Shown here in pieces: positions 23,196 through 31,856 of a stretch of DNA of 41,653 nt. This DNA comes from a virus (Duplodnaviria > Caudoviricetes), in the IMG/VR virus record IMGVR_UViG_3300034349_000003, positions 1-41,653 of that record; one strand, written 5' to 3'. The position numbers and the translations under genes were made by a program. The number at the start of each line of letters is the position of its first letter. Position 1 is the stretch's first letter. Under the pieces are notes generated by a model. The model was not told the DNA's origin and did no database searches. It saw only the letters and a list, made by a program, of their open reading frames with translations.

Positions 23196-24084
23196 CCGCA
23201 AGATCTACGTTCAAAAGCCGAAAGAAACCCGCCTGCTCAGCACCAAGGCGCTCGCCGCACTGGACAAGCTGCCGGAATCGGACTGGATCTACCAGACCAA
23301 GCACGACGGTTGCAGCATGATGATTCTGGTCGGCGTTAACATCGTTCGCATCTTCTCCCGCGAGGGCAAGGAATGCCATTCGATGCCACACGTCGCCGAG
23401 GCCATCCGCCTGAGCAGCCCTCCGAACATGGTGTACTTCGCGGAAGCGTGGCACAGCAACACGGAATTCCGTGCAATCAGCGGTGAGTTCCGTCGCGGTG
23501 CGGCCAAGGCCGCAGGCTTCCTTGAGGCGTGGCTGTACGACAGCGTGACGCTGCAAGAGTTCCGCAAGGGCATCAGCGAGCGCCCATACACCGAGCGTTA
23601 CAACGACTGCCGACTGGTCGGTATGGGCAGCGAAGTTGTGAAGCTGATCCCGTGCGCTGAGTCCGTGGCTACTCTGGCCGAAATGGTCGAGCATATCCGC
23701 AAGGACTACGGCCTGCTGTACGAGCTGGACGGCTATATGAAGAAGCAGCGTGGCGCCAACTGGATCGCCGGTGACGACATGGAAGGTCGCACGCTGAAGC
23801 TGAAGGACAAGATCTCCGTTGACCTGAAGGTCACTGGCATGGTCGAAGGCAAGGGAAAGTTCGCCGGTATGCTTGGTGCGCCGCTGGTGGAATGGCGTGG
23901 CGAAGTTGTGCCAGTCGGTGGTGGTAAGCTGACGACCAAGCAGCGTAAGGAATACTGGGCGAACCCAGCGTTGTTTGTAGGCAAGATCGTTGAAGTCCAT
24001 GCGTTAACCATCACCCCGGACGGGCAATTGCGCGAGCCCGTTTATCAGCGCATCCGGGACGATAAGACAGAACCTAGCGAGTAA
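23182..24084 (+). CDS. ATP-dependent DNA ligase
   Basis: KxDG motif (TKHDG), FSREGK, DGYMKK, LKLK and a C-terminal OB domain (LREPVY..IRDDK). Confidence 0.92.
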   Translation: MALPDRKIYVQKPKETRLLSTKALAALDKLPESDWIYQTKHDGCSMMILVGVNIVRIFSREGKECHSMPHVAEAIRLSSPPNMVYFAEAWHSNTEFRAISGEFRRGAAKAAGFLEAWLYDSVTLQEFRKGISERPYTERYNDCRLVGMGSEVVKLIPCAESVATLAEMVEHIRKDYGLLYELDGYMKKQRGANWIAGDDMEGRTLKLKDKISVDLKVTGMVEGKGKFAGMLGAPLVEWRGEVVPVGGGKLTTKQRKEYWANPALFVGKIVEVHALTITPDGQLREPVYQRIRDDKTEPSE

Positions 24085-24086
24085 GC

Positions 24087-26507
24087 ATGAATCAGATCGA
24101 GCTGGAACAGGACATGGCGGATGGTGGTCGGCGCAAAGCGCTGGCACGGTTCCGGGAGAACGAAGACAAGGGAGCAGCGGATGCAAACCCGTATGCACAA
24201 GCCTTGTACCGCCGCTATATCCTTCCACTTCGGGATGGGATCAAGCTGTACACGGCCAAGGTTACGAAAGGCGTAGCTGCAAAGAACAAAGGGCTGCTGC
24301 GGGAACAAGACCCGCTGGCCCTAGCGTTCCTGACAGTGCGCGGTCTGATGGACATCTGCTTAACGGCAGAAGAAACAACTCTGGCTCAGGCTGCTACGAC
24401 GCTGGGCCGGACGGTCTACGGAGAGACGATTCTCAAGCACTTCCAAGACATCAACAGCGAGCTGTACTTCACGCTGGTCAAGGACTTTGAGCGCCGTATG
24501 ACCAAGAGCGAGCGACATAAGCTCGCAGTATTCAAGGATTCTGCCGCGAAAGATGGCATAATTCTGCCACACTGGGAACCGAGGGATAAAGCCGATGTCG
24601 GTCAATTGCTTATCGGCCTCGCCTCGGATCTCGGCTTTATTGAGATCACCACGGCCCGGTCAGGGAAGAAGACCACGAACCATGTGCAGATCAGCGCACT
24701 GGCGAAGGAGATCGTGGAGCAGATCAAGGGCTTCGTAGCGGGCCTGATGCCTATGGTGATGCCGTGCGTCGAGCCGCCCCGCCCATGGGTAGCCCCGAAC
24801 GACGGAGGCTTCCACAGCAGCGCCATGCGACGTATCACGCCTACTTGCATCCGTGGTGCGGCCCTCATTGACGAGGGTGCGGTGCCTGACTGGATTCTGG
24901 ACGGCCTGAATCTGATGCAGGAGACGAAGTGGCGGGTCAACGAGCGCGTTCTGGCCGTCGCTGAGATCGCCCACAAGGCGTTCGACGTGCAAGACATCCT
25001 CGTGTCAGACAAGCGCGAGGAAGCGCCTGACAGGCCCATCTGGATGGCCGACAACCCGGACATGAAGTTCGCTCAGATGGACGACTACCAGAAGGTTGAG
25101 TTCAAGGAGTGGTGCGCAGAGAAGCGCGAATGGCACACGGACACGAAGATCCGGGGCAGTAAGTCAGGGCGCACAAACGAAGCTCTGGCGATGGCGAACA
25201 GGTTCAAGGGTCAGCCGATATGGTTCGTCTACACGATGGACTACCGGGGCCGCTTCTACGCCTCGGCACGAGGCATATCGCCGCAAGGCAACGACTTGAG
25301 CAAGGCGCTCTTGGAGCTGGACGATGGTTACGAAATTGCTGATAAAGCTGCTCTTAGGTGGTTCTGCATTGCTGGAGCGAATCGGTGGGGAGAAGACAAA
25401 ATCCCCCTCGGCGGAAGAGTTGACTGGGTTCGTGCAAACACCCAGCGAATACTGGCTATCGCCTCAGACCCTATCTCTTACCGAGAATGGGCAGATGCAG
25501 ACGCTCCTTTCAGCTTTCTTGCTTGGTGTTTCGAGTTTGCCGATTGGCACGCACGGCCACATGAATTTAGAACTCGCCTCCCTCTTGGTCAAGACGGGAG
25601 CTGCAACGGACTTCAGCACTATTCGGCGATGCTACGAGACGAGGTGGGGGGCGCTGCCACAAATCTTGTTCCAGATACCCACCAACACGACATTTATGCA
25701 GATGTGGCGTCTGCCACTGAACGACTCGTCGCAGCGAGCGAGGATGATGGCGAACATCGTTTGGCGCAAAGATGGAAACAACACGCTCTTAGCCGAACGC
25801 TGGTTAAACGGTCTGTAATGACGCTTCCTTACGGCTCGACGCGGTTCAGCTCCAGCGACTTCATCCAGAAGGAATATCTGGACAAGGGCAAGGCGCCAGA
25901 GTTCGACAAGCGCGAGCGGAACAGGGCAGCAACGTGGCTGAGCTTCCGTGTGTGGGACGGAATCGGCGAGGTGGTACACAAGGGCCGGGAGGCGATGGAA
26001 TGGCTACAGGGCGCATCAGACGCGATCACAGCCGGCGACGACGCACCAGTCACAATCTCTTGGCTCAGTCCGAGTGGCCTACTGGTGACACAACGGTACA
26101 GCAAGTCCGAGCTGATCGTGGTGAATGCCCGGATGGCGAGTGGCCGGAGGATACAGATCGACCTGCACGAAGCGGGTGCATCTGGCGACCCACGGCAACA
26201 CAGAAACGGTATTGCGCCGAACTTCGTTCATAGCTGCGATGCTGCGCACATGCACTTCTTCCTGCGGCGAGCGCGAGAAGAGGGGCTGTGTGGGCTGGCC
26301 CTGATCCACGATGACTATGGCTGCCCGGCGCCGATGGTCGAGAAGCTGCACAGAATCCTACGTGAGACGTTTGTGCAGATGTACCTAGACCGAGATCCAC
26401 TTAAGGACTTCGCAGAGCGTCACGGAGCTTTCAGGTGCCGTGTGCTACCAACTCCCGGAAACCTAGATCTAGAAGTCGTCAAACAAAGCGTGTATTTCTT
26501 CTGCTGA
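24087..26507 (+). CDS. Single-subunit (T7-type) RNA polymerase
   Basis: DYRGRFY, motif A QDGSCNGLQH, motif B KRSVMTLPYG, APNFVHSCDA, motif C IHDD. Confidence 0.97.
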   Translation: MNQIELEQDMADGGRRKALARFRENEDKGAADANPYAQALYRRYILPLRDGIKLYTAKVTKGVAAKNKGLLREQDPLALAFLTVRGLMDICLTAEETTLAQAATTLGRTVYGETILKHFQDINSELYFTLVKDFERRMTKSERHKLAVFKDSAAKDGIILPHWEPRDKADVGQLLIGLASDLGFIEITTARSGKKTTNHVQISALAKEIVEQIKGFVAGLMPMVMPCVEPPRPWVAPNDGGFHSSAMRRITPTCIRGAALIDEGAVPDWILDGLNLMQETKWRVNERVLAVAEIAHKAFDVQDILVSDKREEAPDRPIWMADNPDMKFAQMDDYQKVEFKEWCAEKREWHTDTKIRGSKSGRTNEALAMANRFKGQPIWFVYTMDYRGRFYASARGISPQGNDLSKALLELDDGYEIADKAALRWFCIAGANRWGEDKIPLGGRVDWVRANTQRILAIASDPISYREWADADAPFSFLAWCFEFADWHARPHEFRTRLPLGQDGSCNGLQHYSAMLRDEVGGAATNLVPDTHQHDIYADVASATERLVAASEDDGEHRLAQRWKQHALSRTLVKRSVMTLPYGSTRFSSSDFIQKEYLDKGKAPEFDKRERNRAATWLSFRVWDGIGEVVHKGREAMEWLQGASDAITAGDDAPVTISWLSPSGLLVTQRYSKSELIVVNARMASGRRIQIDLHEAGASGDPRQHRNGIAPNFVHSCDAAHMHFFLRRAREEGLCGLALIHDDYGCPAPMVEKLHRILRETFVQMYLDRDPLKDFAERHGAFRCRVLPTPGNLDLEVVKQSVYFFC

Positions 26508-26510
26508 GTT

Positions 26511-26531
26511 ATTGACGGCCTCTAGGTAAGA
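26511..26531 (+). promoter_or_regulatory. Phage RNAP promoter, copy 2 (start of the late region)
   Basis: ATTGACGGCCTCTAGGTAAGA, starting 4 nt after the RNAP stop codon. Confidence 0.88.
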
Positions 26532-26558
26532 GAAACATTTTACCAGAGGAATCGCAGT

Positions 26559-26846
26559 ATGTTCGGTCCAAGTAAAGCAGCCTTGCAACACTCCATTGAC
26601 TTCCTGAACTGGGAACTGGTAGAAAAGAACGCAGAGATCAAAAAGCTAAAGGAACAGGTAGAGTCTCTATCTATCCAGAAAGACCCAACCCACTCTGTAG
26701 GCGCATTAGACTATGTAGTATATAAGTCTAAGATATTAGATAAGATAGGTAATAGCTACTTATCTGCTACTGATAATCCTAGCTTCAAGTTAGGTATTCA
26801 GTTTGCTCTACGTCACTTCGAAGAGGTAGCAGTCAGTGGACGATAG
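26559..26846 (+). CDS. Small hypothetical protein (first late gene, AT-rich)
   Basis: GAGGA RBS; 95 aa. Confidence 0.7.
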   Translation: MFGPSKAALQHSIDFLNWELVEKNAEIKKLKEQVESLSIQKDPTHSVGALDYVVYKSKILDKIGNSYLSATDNPSFKLGIQFALRHFEEVAVSGR

Positions 26847-27327
26847 AATCTACCTGCTGCGCTGGGTAGACAGTCAGCTAATCAGAGAGCGCATTGAGTA
26901 CAGCGCGTTCTTCTCCCGGTATGGGCATAGCTGGATGACGATGCTCCAGCAGAACAAGCTGGGCATGGAACAGCAGGGGAAGCTTACGCACTCGTTGACT
27001 GAGCTGGAAGCAAACCTGCGGGAGCTTCTGCAAGCTGGCGAACTGTTCGCATTCATCGGACCAACTTGGTCAAGCGTTATCGACATCCAGCAGTCTTGGC
27101 ACAGTCCAGACACTATCGTCTGCGAAGAAGTTGTCGGGATGCGGTTCACCAACCGCCGCATGGACATGCAGGACTACATCGCGGCCATGGAAGCAGTGGC
27201 CAGAACTTCGGAGGCAACAGAGATTCAAATAGGCATGCTGGCGAACCCTCGCAAGCAAGCCATGCTGCGGTACATGACGAGCCTCGGCATGGAACACTCC
27301 ACCAGCATCGTCAGCAAGAAGGTATGA
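26836..27327 (+). CDS. Hypothetical protein, possible degenerate GNAT fold
   Basis: GAGG RBS; position before the portal region and the C-terminal RYMTSLGM pattern suggest a GNAT-like fold (inference). Confidence 0.65.
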   Translation: MDDRIYLLRWVDSQLIRERIEYSAFFSRYGHSWMTMLQQNKLGMEQQGKLTHSLTELEANLRELLQAGELFAFIGPTWSSVIDIQQSWHSPDTIVCEEVVGMRFTNRRMDMQDYIAAMEAVARTSEATEIQIGMLANPRKQAMLRYMTSLGMEHSTSIVSKKV

Positions 27328-27328
27328 C

Positions 27329-27811
27329 ATGGGCAGCGGTAAAAAGATTATCAAGAAAGTGGTCAAGACCGTCAACAAGGCGAACTTCCTGACTAAAGAT
27401 CTTCCCGGTGGTTGGGACGATCCGTTGGGTAACGCACTGGCTGGCAACGAATCCCCACTCGACGGCATGACCGGAGCCGCGACCAAGCGGGCAGCAGAGT
27501 CGGACGCCAAGGCTGCACTGGACTCGGCCAACATCGAAGCCACCGCACAGCGCGAACAGACGAACTCCATCATGGAGCAGAGCCGGTACGCTGCGCAATC
27601 GGCTGCACAGGCGCAGGCACTGGACGCGGCTAACCGCCAAGCTCAGGCAGCGGCCAACGAGAACATGCAGGGCGACGTGACTGCGGCTCCGACGGTTGAC
27701 CTGTCCCTCGGTGCTGCGGCAGACGAGACTCCATCGGCCCGCCGTAAGCGTTACCAGTCCGGCTCAGGTTCTGTCGGCGGCTCTGCAACTTCCGGTAGCG
27801 TGCGTCTGTGA
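27329..27811 (+). CDS. Small Ala/Gln-rich virion assembly protein (T7 gp7.3-like position)
   Basis: MGSGKKIIKKVVK start and Gly/Ser tail ending VRL; immediately before the portal. Confidence 0.7.
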   Translation: MGSGKKIIKKVVKTVNKANFLTKDLPGGWDDPLGNALAGNESPLDGMTGAATKRAAESDAKAALDSANIEATAQREQTNSIMEQSRYAAQSAAQAQALDAANRQAQAAANENMQGDVTAAPTVDLSLGAAADETPSARRKRYQSGSGSVGGSATSGSVRL

Positions 27812-29325
27812 CGCTGTTGCGGAATTCTGCCAGTGCTGAGTGGTCCCACCTTGATGCCAAGCGCTCCGGCAAATTGGACAAGGTGGAACGGCTGGCGGAG
27901 ATCACACTCCCTAGCGTCTGCACGGACGAGAACTTCGACTCCGGGCAAGACTCCCTCACTAACGGCACCACGTCCTTCGGGGCGCAGGCCACAACCAACC
28001 TCGTCAACAAGCTTATGATGGCAATGTTCCCGCAGCGACCGTTCTTCCGACTGGCTGTGCCAGAGCGTGATGCGATTGCGTTGACCGAGAGCATGGGCAT
28101 CAACATGGACGCCCTGACGGACATCCTTGCTGGTGGCGAGCGCGATGCAACGCTGGAGCTTGAAATGTCCGGCGCCCGTGAAACTCTGTACGAGATCACG
28201 AACCACCTCGTTGTAGCTGGCGACGTTATGCTCGACCTGAGCGATGACGAAACCATCGCAGCAATCCCTATCCGGGAATACGTGGTGCGCCGCGACAGCA
28301 AGTCCCGTCCGCTGAGCATTGTGATTAAGCAGTGCATGTACCGAAGCGAGCTGGACGAGAAAGTTCTGGCCCGTATCCCTTACCCGGAAGCCGAGTACCC
28401 TGAAGACCACACGCACGAGGTTTATACGTGGGTCAGGATGTACAAGGGCAAGATGCGGATGACGAAGTGGTGCGACGAAACCGAGCTGCCGTACAGCGAG
28501 TTCGGTGGCACTTGGGACCGCGACGAATGCCCGTACCGTCCGCTGACGTGGCGCCTGCCGCTCCGCAGCGATTACGGTGTGAGCCGAGTCGAGGAATACT
28601 ACCAAGACTTCGCAACCTACGAAACGACCTCCGAGTCCCTGTCGGATGGTGCAGTGCTGGCGAGTCAGTTCCGGTGGTTGCAGAACCCCGGTGGTATCAC
28701 TCGCCCGGAGGACTTCGCACAGTCCCGCAATGGTGAGGTGATCCCCGGCGTAAACGGCGACCTTACTCTGGTAGTCGCCAACATCGGGCAGCAGCTCGCC
28801 TCGGTAATGCAGATCGGTCAGGTATATCAGCAGCGCATCGGCGCAGGCTTCCTGATGAACTCGGCAGTGACCCGGCAAGCTGAGCGAGTAACCGCTGAAG
28901 AGATCCGCCTGCAAGCCATTGAGCTTGAGCAATCCCTCGGCGGCGTGTACAGCCGACTGTCCCGCGACATCCAGCAGCCGCTTGTTCGGTGGCTGATGAA
29001 GAAGATCGACCTGAGCCTGAAGGGCACCAAGATCACCCCGGTGGTCGTGACTGGCCTTGACGCACTCAGCCGCAACGCAGACCTTGAACGCCTGCTGATG
29101 TTCCTACAAGACGTGACTAACCTGTCGGGCATCAATCCCGAGCAGCGCCTCATGCTCAACGAGGGCAACATCATCGCGGACTTCGCCGCAGGGCGCGGTG
29201 TGAGCAAGACCCGGTATGTCGCCAGCGACGACGAGATCCGGCAGCGACAACAAGCAATCAGCGACGCTCAGGCGCAAGCCCAGCAGCCCGTTGACCCAAC
29301 TCAAGTAGCAGGAGCAGCACAATGA
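27808..29325 (+). CDS. Portal (head-tail connector)
   Basis: RQAERVTAEEIR, ELEQSLGGVYS and TGLDALSR motifs of the T7 gp8 family. Confidence 0.95.
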   Translation: MTLLRNSASAEWSHLDAKRSGKLDKVERLAEITLPSVCTDENFDSGQDSLTNGTTSFGAQATTNLVNKLMMAMFPQRPFFRLAVPERDAIALTESMGINMDALTDILAGGERDATLELEMSGARETLYEITNHLVVAGDVMLDLSDDETIAAIPIREYVVRRDSKSRPLSIVIKQCMYRSELDEKVLARIPYPEAEYPEDHTHEVYTWVRMYKGKMRMTKWCDETELPYSEFGGTWDRDECPYRPLTWRLPLRSDYGVSRVEEYYQDFATYETTSESLSDGAVLASQFRWLQNPGGITRPEDFAQSRNGEVIPGVNGDLTLVVANIGQQLASVMQIGQVYQQRIGAGFLMNSAVTRQAERVTAEEIRLQAIELEQSLGGVYSRLSRDIQQPLVRWLMKKIDLSLKGTKITPVVVTGLDALSRNADLERLLMFLQDVTNLSGINPEQRLMLNEGNIIADFAAGRGVSKTRYVASDDEIRQRQQAISDAQAQAQQPVDPTQVAGAAQ

Positions 29326-30092
29326 TTAAGCGTTTCGGTTTTGGTTTCGTCCGTTTCATGGAAGCAGCAGGCGAGGGCGGTGATCCGGGCGCTGTTGCGG
29401 CCCCGGTCGTAGACACCTCACTCACGACCCAAACCCCGGTTGTTCCCGCGAAGGGCGCCGAGCCAGTTGTACCAGCCGCTGCTGAAGAAGGTCCGGTCGA
29501 ATACGCTGAAACTGGCAACCAGAAAGTCGATTACGCCTTGGGCATCATCGGCAAGGCTGGCCTCGGCATGGAACACCCGGCTGTCACAGCGGCCATGAGC
29601 GGCGATTTCAGCCTGTTGGCTCACCAACTGGAAGCCAAGGGCGTGGCCGGTGCCGCTGGCCTCGTGGCTATGCTGGAAGGCGAGTACAAGGCGGATCTGG
29701 AAGCCGAGGCCAAGGAGGTCGAGGGCATCAAGGCCAACGTACTGGCGATTGCCGGTACTCCTGAACACTGGGGCGAGGTCAGCAACTTCATCAAGGAGAA
29801 CGGCACCGAGGACGAGCTGAACGAGCTGCGCAGCATGCTGAAGAACCCGCTGCAAGCCAAGATCGCAGCGAGCTACATGGTACAGCTCTATGACAACGCA
29901 GGCGGCGCCAAGGAGCCACAGACCCGCGTTGACGCAGGCGCTGCAACCGCTCTGCCAGTGCGTGGTGGTCAGAAGCCAATCACCTCCCGTGCCGAGTTCA
30001 GCCAGCGCTACGACGAGCTGTACCGCAAGTACGGCGCGGACTTCGAGTCCACCGACGAGTACAAGCAGCTCGCCAAGCAAGTGCTCCGCTGA
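29322..30092 (+). CDS. Capsid scaffolding protein
   Basis: Between portal and capsid; acidic and helical. Confidence 0.85.
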   Translation: MIKRFGFGFVRFMEAAGEGGDPGAVAAPVVDTSLTTQTPVVPAKGAEPVVPAAAEEGPVEYAETGNQKVDYALGIIGKAGLGMEHPAVTAAMSGDFSLLAHQLEAKGVAGAAGLVAMLEGEYKADLEAEAKEVEGIKANVLAIAGTPEHWGEVSNFIKENGTEDELNELRSMLKNPLQAKIAASYMVQLYDNAGGAKEPQTRVDAGAATALPVRGGQKPITSRAEFSQRYDELYRKYGADFESTDEYKQLAKQVLR

Positions 30093-30117
30093 TACACCCG
30101 AGTGGCCGTCAGTTCTT

Positions 30118-30138
30118 ATTGACGGCCTCTAGGTAAGA
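30118..30138 (+). promoter_or_regulatory. Phage RNAP promoter, copy 3 (capsid)
   Basis: Same 21-mer, upstream of the capsid RBS. Confidence 0.9.
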
Positions 30139-30171
30139 GATCGATTTCCCCACTTAGAAAGGATATACAAT

Positions 30172-31182
30172 ATGTCTTTGGACGTGTTTAACGTAGTTCG
30201 CCCACTGGCCCGAAATGGCCGCGACAACCCTGCGACGGACGACATCTACGCCCTCCAGATCGAGAAGTTCACTTCCGATGTCGAAGGCACGATCATGCGC
30301 CGGTCGAAAACCGAGCCGATCATCAACATCAAGCCTGTGAAGGGCACCACTACTGTGTCGAACTTCGCTATCGGCGAATCGGCGCTGCAAGTGATCGTAC
30401 CGGGCGTAACCCCGAACGGCACCAAGTCGCAGTTCGGCAAGAACTCGGTGCAGGTTGACCGCACCATTCTGGCCCGTGCAACCCTGCCGTTGCTGGACGT
30501 GTTCCAAACCAGCTACGATGCTCGTAAAGAGATCGCAGTTGAGCACGGCAAGAAAATCGCCAAGATGAAGGACCAAGCGTTCTTGATCCAAGCGGTCAAG
30601 ACTGCCAACTTGGTCAACTCGACCTACTTCAGCACCACTGAACTGCCCGGCCACCACGGCGGCACCAAGGTAACTCTGGCCGCTGCTGGCGATCAGAATG
30701 ACCCGGCCAAGCTGTACAGCGCCTTCGCTTCCCTGTTCGCACAGATGGAAGAGAAAGACGTTGACCCGATCATGGACGACCTGTTCATCTTCGTTCGTCC
30801 GGCAGTGTTCTACACCCTGTTGGAAGCCGAGCAAGTCATCAACGGTAACTACGTTACTGCTGCTGGTACTTCGGTTGAAGGTCACATCTTCAAGGCGTGG
30901 GGCGTTCCAGTCATCAGCACCAACAACCTGCCAAACTGGGTTGAAGCTGAAGCGACTGCCGGTTCCGTGTCGAACCTGATGGGCCCGGACTACGTCGGCG
31001 ACTTCACCAAGCTGGTCGCCGTGGCCTTCTCGGCTCGCGCCGTTCTGGCCGGTTCCACCATCGACCTGCAAACCAAGGTCTTCTTCGACGACGTGTCCAA
31101 GCACTGGTTCGTTGACGCATGGTTGGCGTTCGCTGCAACCTCCAACCGCGCAGAGTTTGCCGGTGCAATCTACTCCTTCTAA
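30172..31182 (+). CDS. Major capsid protein
   Basis: ALQIEKFTSDV and HGKKIAKMKDQ motifs typical of the T7 gp10 family; has its own promoter and terminator; strong codon bias. Confidence 0.95.
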   Translation: MSLDVFNVVRPLARNGRDNPATDDIYALQIEKFTSDVEGTIMRRSKTEPIINIKPVKGTTTVSNFAIGESALQVIVPGVTPNGTKSQFGKNSVQVDRTILARATLPLLDVFQTSYDARKEIAVEHGKKIAKMKDQAFLIQAVKTANLVNSTYFSTTELPGHHGGTKVTLAAAGDQNDPAKLYSAFASLFAQMEEKDVDPIMDDLFIFVRPAVFYTLLEAEQVINGNYVTAAGTSVEGHIFKAWGVPVISTNNLPNWVEAEATAGSVSNLMGPDYVGDFTKLVAVAFSARAVLAGSTIDLQTKVFFDDVSKHWFVDAWLAFAATSNRAEFAGAIYSF

Positions 31183-31195
31183 GGCGTAGCCACTC

Positions 31196-31239
31196 TCCCG
31201 CAATGGGTGCCCTAACCGGCATCTGTTGCGGGATTTTTT
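31196..31239 (+). terminator. Intrinsic terminator after the capsid gene (T-phi equivalent)
   Basis: TCCCGCAATGGGTGCC-CTAACC-GGCATCTGTTGCGGGA-TTTTTT. Confidence 0.9.
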
Positions 31240-31256
31240 GCGTTTAGGAGACAGAC

Positions 31257-31856
31257 ATGTTTTTAACCGAACTGGATGTCGTCAACAAATGCCTAGCGTC
31301 GATGGGCGAAATGCCTGTCAACAGCATAGCAAACAGCACGAACCCGATGGTCACTAACGCCCGCGCCGCATTCAATGATGCGAACACGCAGGAACAGGGA
31401 CCGGGTTGGTGGTTCAACATCGAAGCCGTTACGCTGCAACCGCAGACGGATGGCCAAGTGTTTGTGCCTGCTGATTGCCTGTCGCTCTGCACGGTCGGGA
31501 ACTTCAACCCGATGTGGCTCTCTATCCGAGGCCGCAAACTGTACGACAACAACAACTCCGAATACTTCACGACCGGCTCGCCGATCAAGGTGAAGATCAT
31601 CCGCTTCCTCCCGTTCACCGACCTACCGTACAACATGCAGCGCCTTGTGCGTGCATCAACGGTGGAGAAGTTCCAACTGGACTACGACGGGGACCAGCAA
31701 AAACAAACCGCTGCGGCTGAAGAGTACCAAGCCTCTTACGCTCTAGTGATGATGGACCACACCCGTGCAGTTAAAGCCAACGTGCTGAACCAAGGCGAGG
31801 TGGGTTCCGTTCGCTACCAGAACCGCATCCCTTACGCTACGAGGCGCTACCGATGA
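31257..31856 (+). CDS. Tail tubular protein A (adaptor)
   Basis: TELDVVNKCLASMGE and GWWFN motifs of the T7 gp11 family. Confidence 0.92.
   Translation: MFLTELDVVNKCLASMGEMPVNSIANSTNPMVTNARAAFNDANTQEQGPGWWFNIEAVTLQPQTDGQVFVPADCLSLCTVGNFNPMWLSIRGRKLYDNNNSEYFTTGSPIKVKIIRFLPFTDLPYNMQRLVRASTVEKFQLDYDGDQQKQTAAAEEYQASYALVMMDHTRAVKANVLNQGEVGSVRYQNRIPYATRRYR

Noticed and set aside
31220-31227. T7 class II termination signal CATCTGTT within the capsid terminator
   Set aside because: It is part of the hairpin 3' arm and is explained by pairing; a match this short is weak evidence for a divergent RNAP.
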